Shown: positions 26,698 to 37,162, counted from the first letter of the stretch. The stretch is 64,000 bases of DNA from Desulfosudaceae bacterium (GCA_963674745.2 CAXXDV010000001.1:544001-608000), one strand, 5' to 3'. Notes: generated by a model from the letters alone, not told the origin. Numbers and translations are program-made.

Positions 26698-28095
26698 CTA
26701 ACGGGCTGCCCGGAAATCTTCCAGCGCCTTTCGAATATTGTCGATCAGGTCTTTTGGGAAGAGTTTCCCGGTCAGTTTCTGCTCGACCGCCCTTCCTGCC
26801 ATTTCAATGGCATTCTGGTCTTCGGGTGACAATGTTATGGCCTTCATGCCGCATTTTATTCCAAAGGCCTCCAGACTTTTTTCTTCGTATGTTCTGATCA
26901 GCTCCTTCCATTCAGGCTCAATAGCGTTGAATTCGGAGACGAACAGTTCCATGACATTGTTGGCGTATGTATCAGACACTCCCATCTCTTTTCGCAACCG
27001 GTCCCGAACGCTGGAGTTTACCAGCACAGCCGCCGGAGCATAAAAAACCGGGGGGGTGAGAAAAAAATTCGTGTACTGGTAGGTCTGCATGCCCAGCATC
27101 CAGGCTGGTGGGGCCATAATAACGCTTGCCTGGCCTGTGCTCAAAAGGTTAATGACATCAGCCAGAGCTACAGGCTCAACCTTACTTATGCCCAGTTCCT
27201 GATAAAAAAGGGTCTCTATGGCGCTGTTTAAGTATACAGAATTTTCTATTTTCAAGCCCGCCAGGCCGGAAACTCTGTTTACTGAAAACCAGTGCAAATT
27301 ACCGGTATCAACAAGGGTACACAGAATGTAACCGTTTTTTTCAAATGCCTGGTCCAGCGTTTTTCTGAACGTATTGAAGATGTAATCTACTTCTTCGTAA
27401 TTTTTGAACAGTCCGGGCAGCGACAATACACAAGACACAGGGGATGCTTCCAGCATGCCCAGGACGCTGCAGCCGCAACTGTCGAGTTGACCGTCTCTCA
27501 TTTTTTTTAAAACGTCCGAATCCTCTCCCATGACCCCGCCGCCGAAAATTTTGATTAAAACTTTTCCTCCGGTCAGTCTCTTAATCCTTGGAAAAAGGAT
27601 GTTTTCGGGCACATTAATCCAGGGCGTTCCCGGGGGGGCAATGGCGCCGACTTTAAATATCATAGGGTCTTTGTTCTGGAGTGGCGAAGCGGCAACACGC
27701 CATATGATGGTTTTTGCTGTTTCCCACTCCATGCGGGGGGAAAATAGGGCGTTAAATCGTTCTGAAACATTGTTTAAAATATACCGGGATGTTCGATCAC
27801 GGTCCAGTACCGGTAGGATTGCCTTTTCAAGCATGCCTTCAAGGGCCTCTTGAGTTATGATGCCGCTTGACAGCATGGCTTTCATTGCCTGCTGGCGTTG
27901 CTCGAATTCCACAGGAAATTCCCGGCCGGTCCACAATGCGGTCAAGCTGTCCTGCAGAATGCTTTGAAAGTTATCAGCGTCTTTATCCGCTGCCATGGCG
28001 GCAAGTGGCAGGCCGGCAACAGCCGTAACGGTTATAACGGCAATCATCGTCAACAGCCGTGTCTTGGCTGAAAACGAACGGCTTCTAAACATCAT
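26698..28095 (-). CDS. TRAP DctP-like binding protein with extra N-terminal domain, copy 3
   Basis: Signal peptide, KVGAIAPPGTPW, FGGGVMGE, GQLDSCGC. Start 28095 or 28125. Confidence 0.8.
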   Translation of the reverse strand: MMFRSRSFSAKTRLLTMIAVITVTAVAGLPLAAMAADKDADNFQSILQDSLTALWTGREFPVEFEQRQQAMKAMLSSGIITQEALEGMLEKAILPVLDRDRTSRYILNNVSERFNALFSPRMEWETAKTIIWRVAASPLQNKDPMIFKVGAIAPPGTPWINVPENILFPRIKRLTGGKVLIKIFGGGVMGEDSDVLKKMRDGQLDSCGCSVLGMLEASPVSCVLSLPGLFKNYEEVDYIFNTFRKTLDQAFEKNGYILCTLVDTGNLHWFSVNRVSGLAGLKIENSVYLNSAIETLFYQELGISKVEPVALADVINLLSTGQASVIMAPPAWMLGMQTYQYTNFFLTPPVFYAPAAVLVNSSVRDRLRKEMGVSDTYANNVMELFVSEFNAIEPEWKELIRTYEEKSLEAFGIKCGMKAITLSPEDQNAIEMAGRAVEQKLTGKLFPKDLIDNIRKALEDFRAAR

Positions 28096-28245
28096 CCCCC
28101 CCCTTGTTATCATTATTGCCTTCAAGCATCAGCCTGGAAAATGCTTTCTCTGCCGCCGGGGCTCAGCCAGGGCAGTTTTCCTTACGCCCTGGCTTCGGGA
28201 CAGTGCGGATCTATGTCCGGTAGGAAACATTTATTTTTCTGGTAC

Positions 28246-29217
28246 TTATATTTCCAACACGATTTTGCCAAAGGAACGTTGACTTTCCATCCAGGTATGC
28301 GCCGCCCCGATATCGTCCATTATAAATGTTTTGGTGGGAGATTCCAAGTTTTCCGTTGCCAGCCACTTGTGAAGAAATTGATACATATTAATTTGATCCT
28401 CTGTCCCAAAAACCGAGTAGGTCGTAAAAGAAGTGATGTTTAATGATTTGGTAATGATGTTCTCCCCCAGCGGATCGATGGTGCCCGCACCGCCGGAATA
28501 ACCATAGATGACCCATCTCCCCCTGTATTTGATACACAGGGGGTCGGTTTGCAGGGTCGATCCGGATACACTGTTAAAGCAAATATCAACGCCCTGACCG
28601 TTTGTCAGTTTTAATACCGCTTCCCTGTAGTCAATGGTTTTATAGTTAACCCCATGGTCTGCGCCGTTCTTTTTACAGTAAGCAAGTTTTTCGTCTGAGC
28701 TGGAAAGGGCGATCACCGTGTTCTGTCCCTTTCTTCTGGCGATTTGTGTAATCATTGTTCCCACGCCACCGGCAGCCGCATGCAGCAGAATCGTCTCGCC
28801 GGGCTGAACGTTTCCGAAAACAGCGTAGGCAAGATAGGCTACCGGCAAGTTGACCAGATATACCAGCCCTTGCCCAAAAGAGACATTGTCGGGCAGGACA
28901 ATGATGTCCCGTTCGAATGCCTTTACATATTCCGCATACCCGCCAAGTAGAACCGTCGTCATCACCCGCATCCCCGGTGCGATATCCTTTACATCGGATC
29001 CCACTTTTTCGACAACTCCGGAAACCTCTTTACCCGGGATAAACGGTAACGGCGGCTGAAACAGGTATCCTCCCTTTCGCTGCATGATATCCGCGTACAT
29101 AATTCCGGCATACTTATTTTTAATCAGAACTTCGTCTTCACCCACTTCCGGAGTTGGAACCTCCACCACTGATAAGTGCTCGACGGATCCAAGTCCGTTT
29201 AATTGAATCGCTTTCAT
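28246..29217 (-). CDS. NADPH:quinone oxidoreductase (Zn-independent MDR family)
   Basis: PFIPGKEVSG, GGYAEY, HAAAGGVG, FGKIVL. Confidence 0.88.
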   Translation of the reverse strand: MKAIQLNGLGSVEHLSVVEVPTPEVGEDEVLIKNKYAGIMYADIMQRKGGYLFQPPLPFIPGKEVSGVVEKVGSDVKDIAPGMRVMTTVLLGGYAEYVKAFERDIIVLPDNVSFGQGLVYLVNLPVAYLAYAVFGNVQPGETILLHAAAGGVGTMITQIARRKGQNTVIALSSSDEKLAYCKKNGADHGVNYKTIDYREAVLKLTNGQGVDICFNSVSGSTLQTDPLCIKYRGRWVIYGYSGGAGTIDPLGENIITKSLNITSFTTYSVFGTEDQINMYQFLHKWLATENLESPTKTFIMDDIGAAHTWMESQRSFGKIVLEI

Positions 29218-29264
29218 AATGCCTCCTGCTTAAAGGGAATTAAAAGGATAAGGATTCAAAAAAT

Positions 29265-30248
29265 TCATGGTATGTCCTTGCCTGCGGTGATGCCTAAATA
29301 AAGCGTGATAACCCGGATGTCACCATGCAGGCCCCACCATGCGTAGCCTTTCGGAGTGCCCTCATCAAATTCGGCCGTCGGCTTCAGGGCAATAATTTCC
29401 TCCAATGTATGGCCGGCTTTTATCAAGTACGCGATTTTTTCAGTCTGGGTGACCTGCACTTCATGATCCCTCAATAAATCCTCGAGAGACGAGACAACGC
29501 CAATGGAATGACCGGTGACAATTCTGGTTTTATCGTCGCACAGTGCCAGCACCATTTTCTGACCATCAATGATCCCATAGGGACTTCCATCCACGTTCAG
29601 GCAGTATCCATGATGAAAAAAAACATCCCCGGTGGCAACAACGTTGGTTTCCTGAAAATGAACAACCAGTTGAGTGGCGGTGTGGCCCGACGGTGCATGC
29701 ATGATCTTTATCGTCTGGTTGTTGAAATAAAGGGTCATCGAATTCGGGGGCGCCAGGGTGAGCACCGGCAGGCCGCTCGGAGGCTGCCCGTCACTTCGGC
29801 GATATCGCTTTCCGGGTTCAGCCGGGTTGACGATTTCATAAGGTTTTATCGTCTCCAGGCGTCCTTCATCCGCAGCGATGATGACGGCTCCCCGCTCGGC
29901 AAAGTATGAATTTCCACCAACATGATCACCATGAACCTCGGTATTGATGATATATCGAACCGGCCGGTCACCGACAAGTTCCTTAACCGCAGGAATGACC
30001 CTGTCATCAAGGTATGCGGGATGTCCGCTGTCTACCAGGAGTACGCCATCGGGCCCGCTCAGCACGGTCATATTGCCGCCTACCCCCCCGATCATCCACA
30101 TGTTCTCTGCCAATTCATGGGTTACCACCCACTCTTCCTCCGGCCATTGCATAAATCCATCTAACATCGATTCCGTTTTCATGGTGTATCCCGTTGGCGC
30201 TCCCACACCCGTCTCGGGGTTTAACGGCTTTGCGATTCCCATTTTCAC
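29265..30248 (-). CDS. MBL-fold metallo-hydrolase (cyclase-like)
   Basis: LLVDSG, NTEVHGDHVGGN, GHT, TGDVF, TGH. Confidence 0.8.
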   Translation of the reverse strand: MKMGIAKPLNPETGVGAPTGYTMKTESMLDGFMQWPEEEWVVTHELAENMWMIGGVGGNMTVLSGPDGVLLVDSGHPAYLDDRVIPAVKELVGDRPVRYIINTEVHGDHVGGNSYFAERGAVIIAADEGRLETIKPYEIVNPAEPGKRYRRSDGQPPSGLPVLTLAPPNSMTLYFNNQTIKIMHAPSGHTATQLVVHFQETNVVATGDVFFHHGYCLNVDGSPYGIIDGQKMVLALCDDKTRIVTGHSIGVVSSLEDLLRDHEVQVTQTEKIAYLIKAGHTLEEIIALKPTAEFDEGTPKGYAWWGLHGDIRVITLYLGITAGKDIP

Positions 30249-30361
30249 CTTCCAATTATTGTTAACATCGTGATGCTGTTTATTTGCTGAATTAGTTTCA
30301 AGATATAGGCAATTGTCCTGGTATGCTTACCGGGGCAATGATCTCTATCAAATCCTGTCTT

Positions 30362-30798
30362 TCAATATTTCATTTTTATCGTAATTTTCGTGCTGCGTTC
30401 CATTTTGAAGGATGCTTTTTCGAACGCGGGTGGTCCGAGGGCCCCTTTGGCGTTGTTGGAAAAGGCGTAACCCTCCCTCGGAATCCCCAGGCGGTTCTTG
30501 TCCAGCTTGAAATTGGCGTTGGCGTCGTGGAAAACAGCCACGGCGTATTCGCCCGGGTCGGGACGTTGTGGAAGGTATAGGTGAGGATCGTGCTTTTCAG
30601 GGGCACATCCTCGCTCATGTCATCCTTGTGGATGCATTTGCCCGGGGTCCTGGTCCAGCAGGAAAAGCAACCGACGAGGTTTATTACCTCCACTTTGGCC
30701 CCTGCACCGGCCATGCCCTCTATAAGAGCCTCGAGCATGATCTGGGTCTTGCTGTCGGCGCCTGTCCGGGCACTGGAATTGACCGCGAAAACCTTCAT
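30362..30798 (-). pseudogene. Chimeric remnant: Fe-S flavoprotein/flavodoxin N-terminus plus frameshifted DUF2141 C-terminus
   Basis: MKVFAVNSSAR...GCFSCW..TPGKCIHKDDM, then in a shifted frame PGEYAVAVFHDANANFKLDKNRLGIPREGYAFSNN...GPPAFEKASF...KMKY*. Confidence 0.75.
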
Positions 30799-30812
30799 TT
30801 ACCCCTCCTTAC

Positions 30813-30856
30813 TAAACGAACGGCCGCAAGTTATACACCCTGCAGCCGTTCGTTTA
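30813..30856. repeat. 16-bp inverted repeat (operator or hairpin)
   Basis: TAAACGAACGGCCGCA-N12-TGCAGCCGTTCGTTTA, 15 of 16 positions paired. Confidence 0.6.
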
Positions 30857-30909
30857 TTTGACTGTAGTTCAATCAGTTACGGTTTTTCAATTTCTGTTCC
30901 GGGCCCGCG

Positions 30910-31866
30910 TTACCTGGAAAACTGGTAGAAGAAATCCACGATTTCCCGGGCAAGGTCCACGCCATTGTCATTCCAGGCATCCCCTGCACCCGTCAGGTAG
31001 GGCGCATGACCCGCGTCGAGCTTGAGCATTTCTACTTTGACGCCCCCGTTACAATCACAATAGGTTTTACGCCAGGCATTCCAGTTCCAGGATTGGGTGA
31101 TTGACGGAAATGGCCATCCGGCACATCCGTTCATAAATGCCCAGTCATTAAAACCGTCTTCCGTCGTGCCATACAAGGTGAGCATGCCGGCAAACATCAA
31201 TGGGTCCCTGTTGCCGAGGACCTGAAGCACCGCCACCGGCTGGGAAGGCCATGACCAGACACCGTATTCGACAAGCGGGAAGGACACGGGTGCAATCGCC
31301 GCGAATATATCGGCTGCCTGCAGTCCCAGCTGGTGAGTCAGGGCAGCGCCGTTGGAGTGGCCGTGGGCATAAACACGATCCGGATCCACATCTGCCCGGG
31401 CTTTGACCCAGGAGACCATCTTCCTGATAAAACCGACATCATTTACATTGACACCCCCCATGGCCGAGGCGCCCGGGCAACAGACGACACCATTCCAGGA
31501 ATTGCCTAATCCGAGGGGGTTGGATCCCTGCGGTGAGACCCAGATAAACCCTTTTTCATCTGCCAGTGCCTTGATCCCATGATAACCCCCTATATCTGAG
31601 GTTCCGCCATGGCCATGAATATCAACCACCATCGGCGCCGGCCCGGTTAAGCCCTGGGGGATATAAACCTTGAACGTTCTTGTGTTGTTAAATCCGTCAT
31701 TAAATTTAATAGAGATATCATGGGTTACGCCGGGTGTAAGATCGCCGGGGTCGGACGGGGGCGGCGGCGGCGGAGCACTTGCGAACACAGCGGTTGATAG
31801 AAAAAGCAGGAAAAGGGTAATGATTGACATAACCGCTGTTTTTCTTAACCGGTTTTTTTTCTTCAT
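30910..31866 (-). CDS. Secreted alpha/beta-hydrolase (PHB depolymerase/LpqC/feruloyl esterase-like)
   Basis: Signal peptide and poly-Pro linker, DIHGHGG, WNGVVCC, DVGFI, GHSNG nucleophile, GNRD, AGH. Confidence 0.85.
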   Translation of the reverse strand: MKKKNRLRKTAVMSIITLFLLFLSTAVFASAPPPPPPSDPGDLTPGVTHDISIKFNDGFNNTRTFKVYIPQGLTGPAPMVVDIHGHGGTSDIGGYHGIKALADEKGFIWVSPQGSNPLGLGNSWNGVVCCPGASAMGGVNVNDVGFIRKMVSWVKARADVDPDRVYAHGHSNGAALTHQLGLQAADIFAAIAPVSFPLVEYGVWSWPSQPVAVLQVLGNRDPLMFAGMLTLYGTTEDGFNDWAFMNGCAGWPFPSITQSWNWNAWRKTYCDCNGGVKVEMLKLDAGHAPYLTGAGDAWNDNGVDLAREIVDFFYQFSR

Positions 31867-31933
31867 TGTTTCTTCCCCCTTACATTTTTATGGTGTTTGT
31901 TCAAATGCGATTATAACGAGTTACATCTTGTAG

Positions 31934-31949
31934 AGCATTATTCATGCCA
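31934..31949 (-). promoter_or_regulatory. sigma54 -24/-12 promoter of the esterase gene
   Basis: Minus strand TGGCATGAATAATGCT (GG-N10-GC), divergent from two sigma54 activator genes. Confidence 0.75.
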
Positions 31950-32072
31950 AAACAATTATGTTCAAATATTCAAATGGTTATAATTTATCAGCAGTATCTG
32001 TGCGAAATGGGGGAAAGATTTGGTTGTTAAATAGGGAAAGTTTTGCTATATAGCAGTTCGGGGAAAATAATT

Positions 32073-34142
32073 ATGAAAATCAGACCAGACACTTCTTTCC
32101 AGCAGAACAGGCAAAACCATCTTGATGAAATCAAACTCCAGGCCGCATTAAATGAACTCTTTAAAAACGTTTCAGAACAAATTCCTGCGGATAAAATGAG
32201 CTGGATCCAATTCCATTTTGACCTTAAGATGTTAGAGATAATCGCACAGTCCTCATACATGGGGGGGGAAGAAACCGGTTTCATCTACAACACCCCTGAA
32301 GCGCTTATGCGTTTTTTTAACAGCGCCGACCTGCCTGAAATTCACATGATCAATCAGCCGGAAATGGACCCTTTCGGGAAAGAGCTGAGCAGGCGCGCCA
32401 ACCTCTTTGACTGGTCATCCCTTATTATTTTTTTTAAAAATAATAAGGGTAATACATATGGATGTGTAATTATCACGGTGGATCAAAAAGAAAGGTACAC
32501 GGCAGAATATGCCCGCCTGTTTATCTCCTTTAAACCGCGCCTTAAACGAATTCTGGATGACATCATTGCGGACAAACAAAACAAAATTCCTGCCCCGGCG
32601 CAAAAAGAACCGGTAAAAGACAAAAATGAATTTTTCCGACAGGTCACCCGGCGACTATGCGGTAATCTTGATCTGCAAACCGGTGTTTACCAGTGTCTCC
32701 AATATCTAAGTCGTTTTATGCCGGCTGATGCGCTTTTTGTCAGACAGTTGGAACCGGAATTTCAATCCGAACGTGTGCTTGCGGAAAGTTACGGCTTTTT
32801 TCACCAACATACAGGGACCCTGATCCCCTGGCCTCCTGTAAACCGGGATCCTTCCGATCGCGGGAGGCTTCCGGGGATTCGCATTATCAATCGACCTGAA
32901 GAATCTTCGGTTATGAAACTCTACACCCCGATATTCGGCAATGATATATGCTGTATCAGCATGCCACTTATCGACAAAGAAACGGTAATTGGTTTTGCCA
33001 TCGTTGGCCTGGAAGGAAGGGACCGCTACCGGGAAGGGCACATGGCGCTGTTCTCCCTGCTTCATGATCCGTTTGTCATGGCCCTTTCCAACAACATCAA
33101 ACACCGGGAAACGATCCGGCTGAAGAACATTATTGAAGAAAAAAGGAAAAACCTGAAGAAGGCGCTGAATTTTTCCGCTCCGGATACCATTATCGGTGAC
33201 AGTTTCGGCTTAAAGGGCGTCATACAAAAAGCCCGCCTTGTCGCAGGACAGGACAGCCCGGTACTGCTGTCCGGAGAAACCGGCTCGGGCAAGGAGCTCA
33301 TAGCCAATTATATCCACCGGAAATCCCCTCGAAAAGACGGCCCCTTCATCAAGGTCAATTGCGGGGCCATACCCGATACGCTGTTGGACAGTGAACTTTT
33401 CGGTCATGAAAAGGGGGCTTTTACCGGTGCCGGGAGCCGGAAAATGGGCCGTTTTGAAAGAGCCGACGGCGGAACGATTTTTCTGGATGAAATCGGAGAA
33501 CTGCCCCTTCAGGCCCAGGTCCGTCTGCTGCAGGTATTGCAAAATAAAACCATTGAACGCGTGGGCGGCACTGAAACCATACCCGTTGATGTCCGTGTCA
33601 TCGCCGCCACCCACCGCAACCTGGAAGAAATGGTTGCTTCCGGCCTGTTTCGGGAAGACCTGTGGTTCCGGCTGGACGTCTTTCCCATCCGGATCCCCCC
33701 CTTACGGTCAAGGAAAATGGATATTCCGGCCCTGGTAGATTATTTTATTGAAAAGAAATCGGTTGAACTGGGGCTTCACACCAGGCCACGCCTGTCTTCT
33801 GATGCAATGGACCGGTTGATTGCCTATGAATGGCCGGGAAATGTCCGTGAACTGGAGAATGTGATTGAAAGAGAGCTGATCCTGTATAAGGGCGAAACCC
33901 TCACGTTTCATAACAGCAACCCCCGGCAAAAAGATGCCGGCAGAACTGACTATGTTGTGGAAGAGGATGTAATTCTTCCCCTGGACGAGGTCTTTACAAT
34001 TTACGTCAAACAAGTTCTGCACCTGTGTGATGGAAAAATTAACGGCCCGGATGGTGCCGCGGCAAAGTTAAAGGTGAACCCCAGCACACTCCGCAGCCGG
34101 ATGAAGAAAATGAAAATTTCTTACGGCATGAACAGCAAATAA
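32073..34142 (+). CDS. sigma54-dependent enhancer-binding protein (GAF-like x2, AAA+, HTH), copy 1
   Basis: GETGSGKE, GAFTGA, FLDEIG, REDLWFRL, WPGNVRELEN, Fis-type HTH. Confidence 0.92.
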   Translation: MKIRPDTSFQQNRQNHLDEIKLQAALNELFKNVSEQIPADKMSWIQFHFDLKMLEIIAQSSYMGGEETGFIYNTPEALMRFFNSADLPEIHMINQPEMDPFGKELSRRANLFDWSSLIIFFKNNKGNTYGCVIITVDQKERYTAEYARLFISFKPRLKRILDDIIADKQNKIPAPAQKEPVKDKNEFFRQVTRRLCGNLDLQTGVYQCLQYLSRFMPADALFVRQLEPEFQSERVLAESYGFFHQHTGTLIPWPPVNRDPSDRGRLPGIRIINRPEESSVMKLYTPIFGNDICCISMPLIDKETVIGFAIVGLEGRDRYREGHMALFSLLHDPFVMALSNNIKHRETIRLKNIIEEKRKNLKKALNFSAPDTIIGDSFGLKGVIQKARLVAGQDSPVLLSGETGSGKELIANYIHRKSPRKDGPFIKVNCGAIPDTLLDSELFGHEKGAFTGAGSRKMGRFERADGGTIFLDEIGELPLQAQVRLLQVLQNKTIERVGGTETIPVDVRVIAATHRNLEEMVASGLFREDLWFRLDVFPIRIPPLRSRKMDIPALVDYFIEKKSVELGLHTRPRLSSDAMDRLIAYEWPGNVRELENVIERELILYKGETLTFHNSNPRQKDAGRTDYVVEEDVILPLDEVFTIYVKQVLHLCDGKINGPDGAAAKLKVNPSTLRSRMKKMKISYGMNSK

Positions 34143-34163
34143 CACCATACTCGAAACGCGCTG

Positions 34164-36239
34164 ATGAAAACCGATTCGGACATTATCTTTAGCCGAGTAA
34201 AAGACTGTGTTGATTCAGACGGGGATATCTACAAGACCCTGGATACCTACTATAAATATCTTCATGAATTTGTGCCGGCTGACCGGATCAGTCTGGTCCG
34301 GTTTGATTTTGAGCAGGAATGTGCGCAAATATTCGCCCAGACAACCGGAACAGGAAGTGAAAAAACAAATTTTTCTTACGCTATCCCGAAAAAAATTCTT
34401 GAACTGTTAAAAACAGGCGCCTTGCCCGAAATATATATTATCAATGACCCGGAAAAAGACCCGCTCGGAAAAAATTTAATCGAGAGGACAGAGACCTCTG
34501 ACTGGTCCATGGCTTTCATGGCGATTAAGGAAAAGGCTGTCGTTAACAGGGCAATAATTTTTTCTGCCAACACCCGGAACAGATTCACGGAAAAGCATGC
34601 CGACACACTTAAAAACTTCTATGATGAACATAAGTGGCTGCTTGACACCATCAGTGATAAATACGGAAATGTCTTGAATGTTTCCCCTGAAAAAGAACCG
34701 GTTGAAGACGAACATGAATTTTTTCGTGAGGGCACACGGCGATTATGCGGCCATCTTGATCTAGAGACCGGGGTTTTACACTGTCTCCAGTATATCAGCC
34801 GTTTTTTACCCGCCAATGCACTTTCGGTAAGCGAGATAGCGCCGGATATAAAAGCCGATCTGGCAGTGGTTCGATGGACAGGTTTGTTTTATCACCGCGG
34901 CGGTGCGATCTTACCATGGAACCTGGAAAAGAAGAGCCTTGCCGAGATGATGGCTGTTCCCCAGGTCATCATCACCAATCAGCCCGAGCAGGATCCGCTG
35001 GTAAGAGACTATGTAGAAAGATTGGGCTCCGACTGGTCTGCGATTTCCATGCTGCTTTTTCATAACGAAAAACCGGTCGGTGTCGCTTCTCTCAGCCTGG
35101 AGGGAAGGAACCAGTATAATGAAAACCACATGGCGCTCTTTTCAATGCTGCATGATCCGTTTGCCATTGCCCTTTCAAACAACATCAAACATCGGGAAGT
35201 CATCCGGCTGAAAAATATGATCGAACAGGACACGAAAAAAATTCAGGAAGAAATAAATGTCTCCACGGAGACTACCATTGTCGGCGGCACTTCAGGTTTA
35301 AAGGGGGTCATGGGCAGTGCCAGGGTTATCGCCCGCCGGGAGAGCCCGGTTCTGCTGTCCGGTGAAACCGGCGTGGGAAAGGAAATCATCGCCGGTTTCA
35401 TACACCAGCAATCTTCGCGAAGAGACGGCCCCTTCGTCAAAGTCAATTGCGGTGCCATACCGGATACGCTCATTGACAGCGAGCTGTTCGGCCACGAAAA
35501 GGGGGCTTTTACCGGCGCGGACACACGGAAAAAGGGCCGCTTTGAAAGGGCCGACGGAGGGACGATCCTTCTGGATGAAGTCGCGGAACTGCCCCTTCCA
35601 GCCCAGGTCCGCTTGCTGCGGGTCCTGCAGAATAAAGTCATCGAACGGGTGGGCGGAACAGAACCCATACCCGTTAATATCCGCATTGTCGCCGCCACCC
35701 AATGTAACCTGGAAGAACAGGTCGCTTCCGGCAGGTTCCGGGAAGACCTTTGGTTCCGCCTGAATGTGTTTCCCATCCACATCCCCCCCCTGCGATCAAG
35801 GCGGTCGGATATTCCGGCCCTTATGGCCCATTTCATTGAAAAAAAAATTCGTGAAATGAATCTCGATATCGAGCCGGATTTGTCTCCGGATGCAATGGAA
35901 CGGCTGATCGCCTATGACTGGCCGGGGAATGTACGCGAACTGGAGAATGTGATAGAAAGGGAACTGATCTTGAAAAAGGGCGAAGCGCTTACATTTGAGA
36001 ACCTGATCCCCACAGGCTCCAAAAAGGCCTCCCTTGAAATGGTGATGACGAAAGAAGATGTCTTGCCGCTGGATGAAATCTATACCCGTCACATCGAAAA
36101 AGCTCTGGAGATGACAGGCGGCAAAATCAACGGTTCGGGCGGTGCGGCCGAAAAACTGAAAATTCATCCCAGCGCCCTCCGCAAAAGAATGGACAAACTG
36201 GGAATTTCCTACGGCTGGAAAAGAAAGAAAATCGTTTGA
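34164..36239 (+). CDS. sigma54-dependent enhancer-binding protein, copy 2
   Basis: GETGVGKE, GAFTGA, LLDEVA, WPGNVRELEN; paralog of copy 1 over its full length. Confidence 0.92.
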   Translation: MKTDSDIIFSRVKDCVDSDGDIYKTLDTYYKYLHEFVPADRISLVRFDFEQECAQIFAQTTGTGSEKTNFSYAIPKKILELLKTGALPEIYIINDPEKDPLGKNLIERTETSDWSMAFMAIKEKAVVNRAIIFSANTRNRFTEKHADTLKNFYDEHKWLLDTISDKYGNVLNVSPEKEPVEDEHEFFREGTRRLCGHLDLETGVLHCLQYISRFLPANALSVSEIAPDIKADLAVVRWTGLFYHRGGAILPWNLEKKSLAEMMAVPQVIITNQPEQDPLVRDYVERLGSDWSAISMLLFHNEKPVGVASLSLEGRNQYNENHMALFSMLHDPFAIALSNNIKHREVIRLKNMIEQDTKKIQEEINVSTETTIVGGTSGLKGVMGSARVIARRESPVLLSGETGVGKEIIAGFIHQQSSRRDGPFVKVNCGAIPDTLIDSELFGHEKGAFTGADTRKKGRFERADGGTILLDEVAELPLPAQVRLLRVLQNKVIERVGGTEPIPVNIRIVAATQCNLEEQVASGRFREDLWFRLNVFPIHIPPLRSRRSDIPALMAHFIEKKIREMNLDIEPDLSPDAMERLIAYDWPGNVRELENVIERELILKKGEALTFENLIPTGSKKASLEMVMTKEDVLPLDEIYTRHIEKALEMTGGKINGSGGAAEKLKIHPSALRKRMDKLGISYGWKRKKIV

Positions 36240-36604
36240 ACACAATAAATTGAAATACTTATAGGCTCTTTTCTACAGCATGTAAGTTCGGGGGGCTACC
36301 CCTGATTACCTGACCGCAGGGCGCCCTTTACCGCCAGGCCAGGACGCTTTAATGTGTAAAGTTTTTTAACATATGCCCCCGCTCCCATATCCAGGGTTTC
36401 TTTAACACCCTCCGTAATACGTGTCAATTTTTTCACCCCCCTGTTGCCTGACATACCTGATGAATGGATCTGGGGATTTGCAAAACTGAAAAAGCGAAAG
36501 AGGTTCCTGGAGTGGTCGAACAGTTCAAAACTAATTTGTACAGCGACTGTTTTGATGGTATTATAATAAATATTTTAATGTTTTTTTTTGAGAAAGGCAG
36601 ACTT

Positions 36605-37162
36605 ATGAGCAAAGCGAAAGTGACCCAGGTCAAAGGAAGCATGTTGGTCACGTTTGTCAAGGCGATCAAAGCGGATAAAACAGGTGCCTGCATAAAGCGT
36701 CTCACGGATGAGGACAAAAAAATTGTTTCATCGCTGATACTGGCGACCAAATGGTATCCCTTTGAAACATATAAAAACTGCTTTAAAGCGGTTTGTCAGG
36801 TTAATGCCAAAAACAATGCGGAAGTACTGCGACAATGGGGGCGATTGGCCGGCGAAGAAACAATGACCAACATTTACAAGACCGTTTTAAACAGAACAGA
36901 TGCGGATTCGGCGCTAAACGCTTTTCAGCAGGTCGTTAAAAATGTGTATGATTCCATCAAAATTGAAAAAACAATGGTGTCCGACAATGAAATCATGATC
37001 AAAATAACCGATTTTGATCCGGATTTTCAAGAGTGGTACCTTATCGGGCTGGGATGGATAGAACGGACTTTAGAACTGGTGATCAAAAAAGAAGTTAAAT
37101 CTCAAATCGTCGAACGGTCATGGTTGGGCGCCCCCGCTACTGTCTTTAAAATGCGCTGGTAG
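36605..37162 (+). CDS. Hypothetical protein (V4R/H-NOX-like ligand-binding fold suspected)
   Basis: VKGSML...ILATKWYP...GWIERTLEL...FKMRW pattern; start placed at ATG 36605. Confidence 0.55.
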   Translation: MSKAKVTQVKGSMLVTFVKAIKADKTGACIKRLTDEDKKIVSSLILATKWYPFETYKNCFKAVCQVNAKNNAEVLRQWGRLAGEETMTNIYKTVLNRTDADSALNAFQQVVKNVYDSIKIEKTMVSDNEIMIKITDFDPDFQEWYLIGLGWIERTLELVIKKEVKSQIVERSWLGAPATVFKMRW

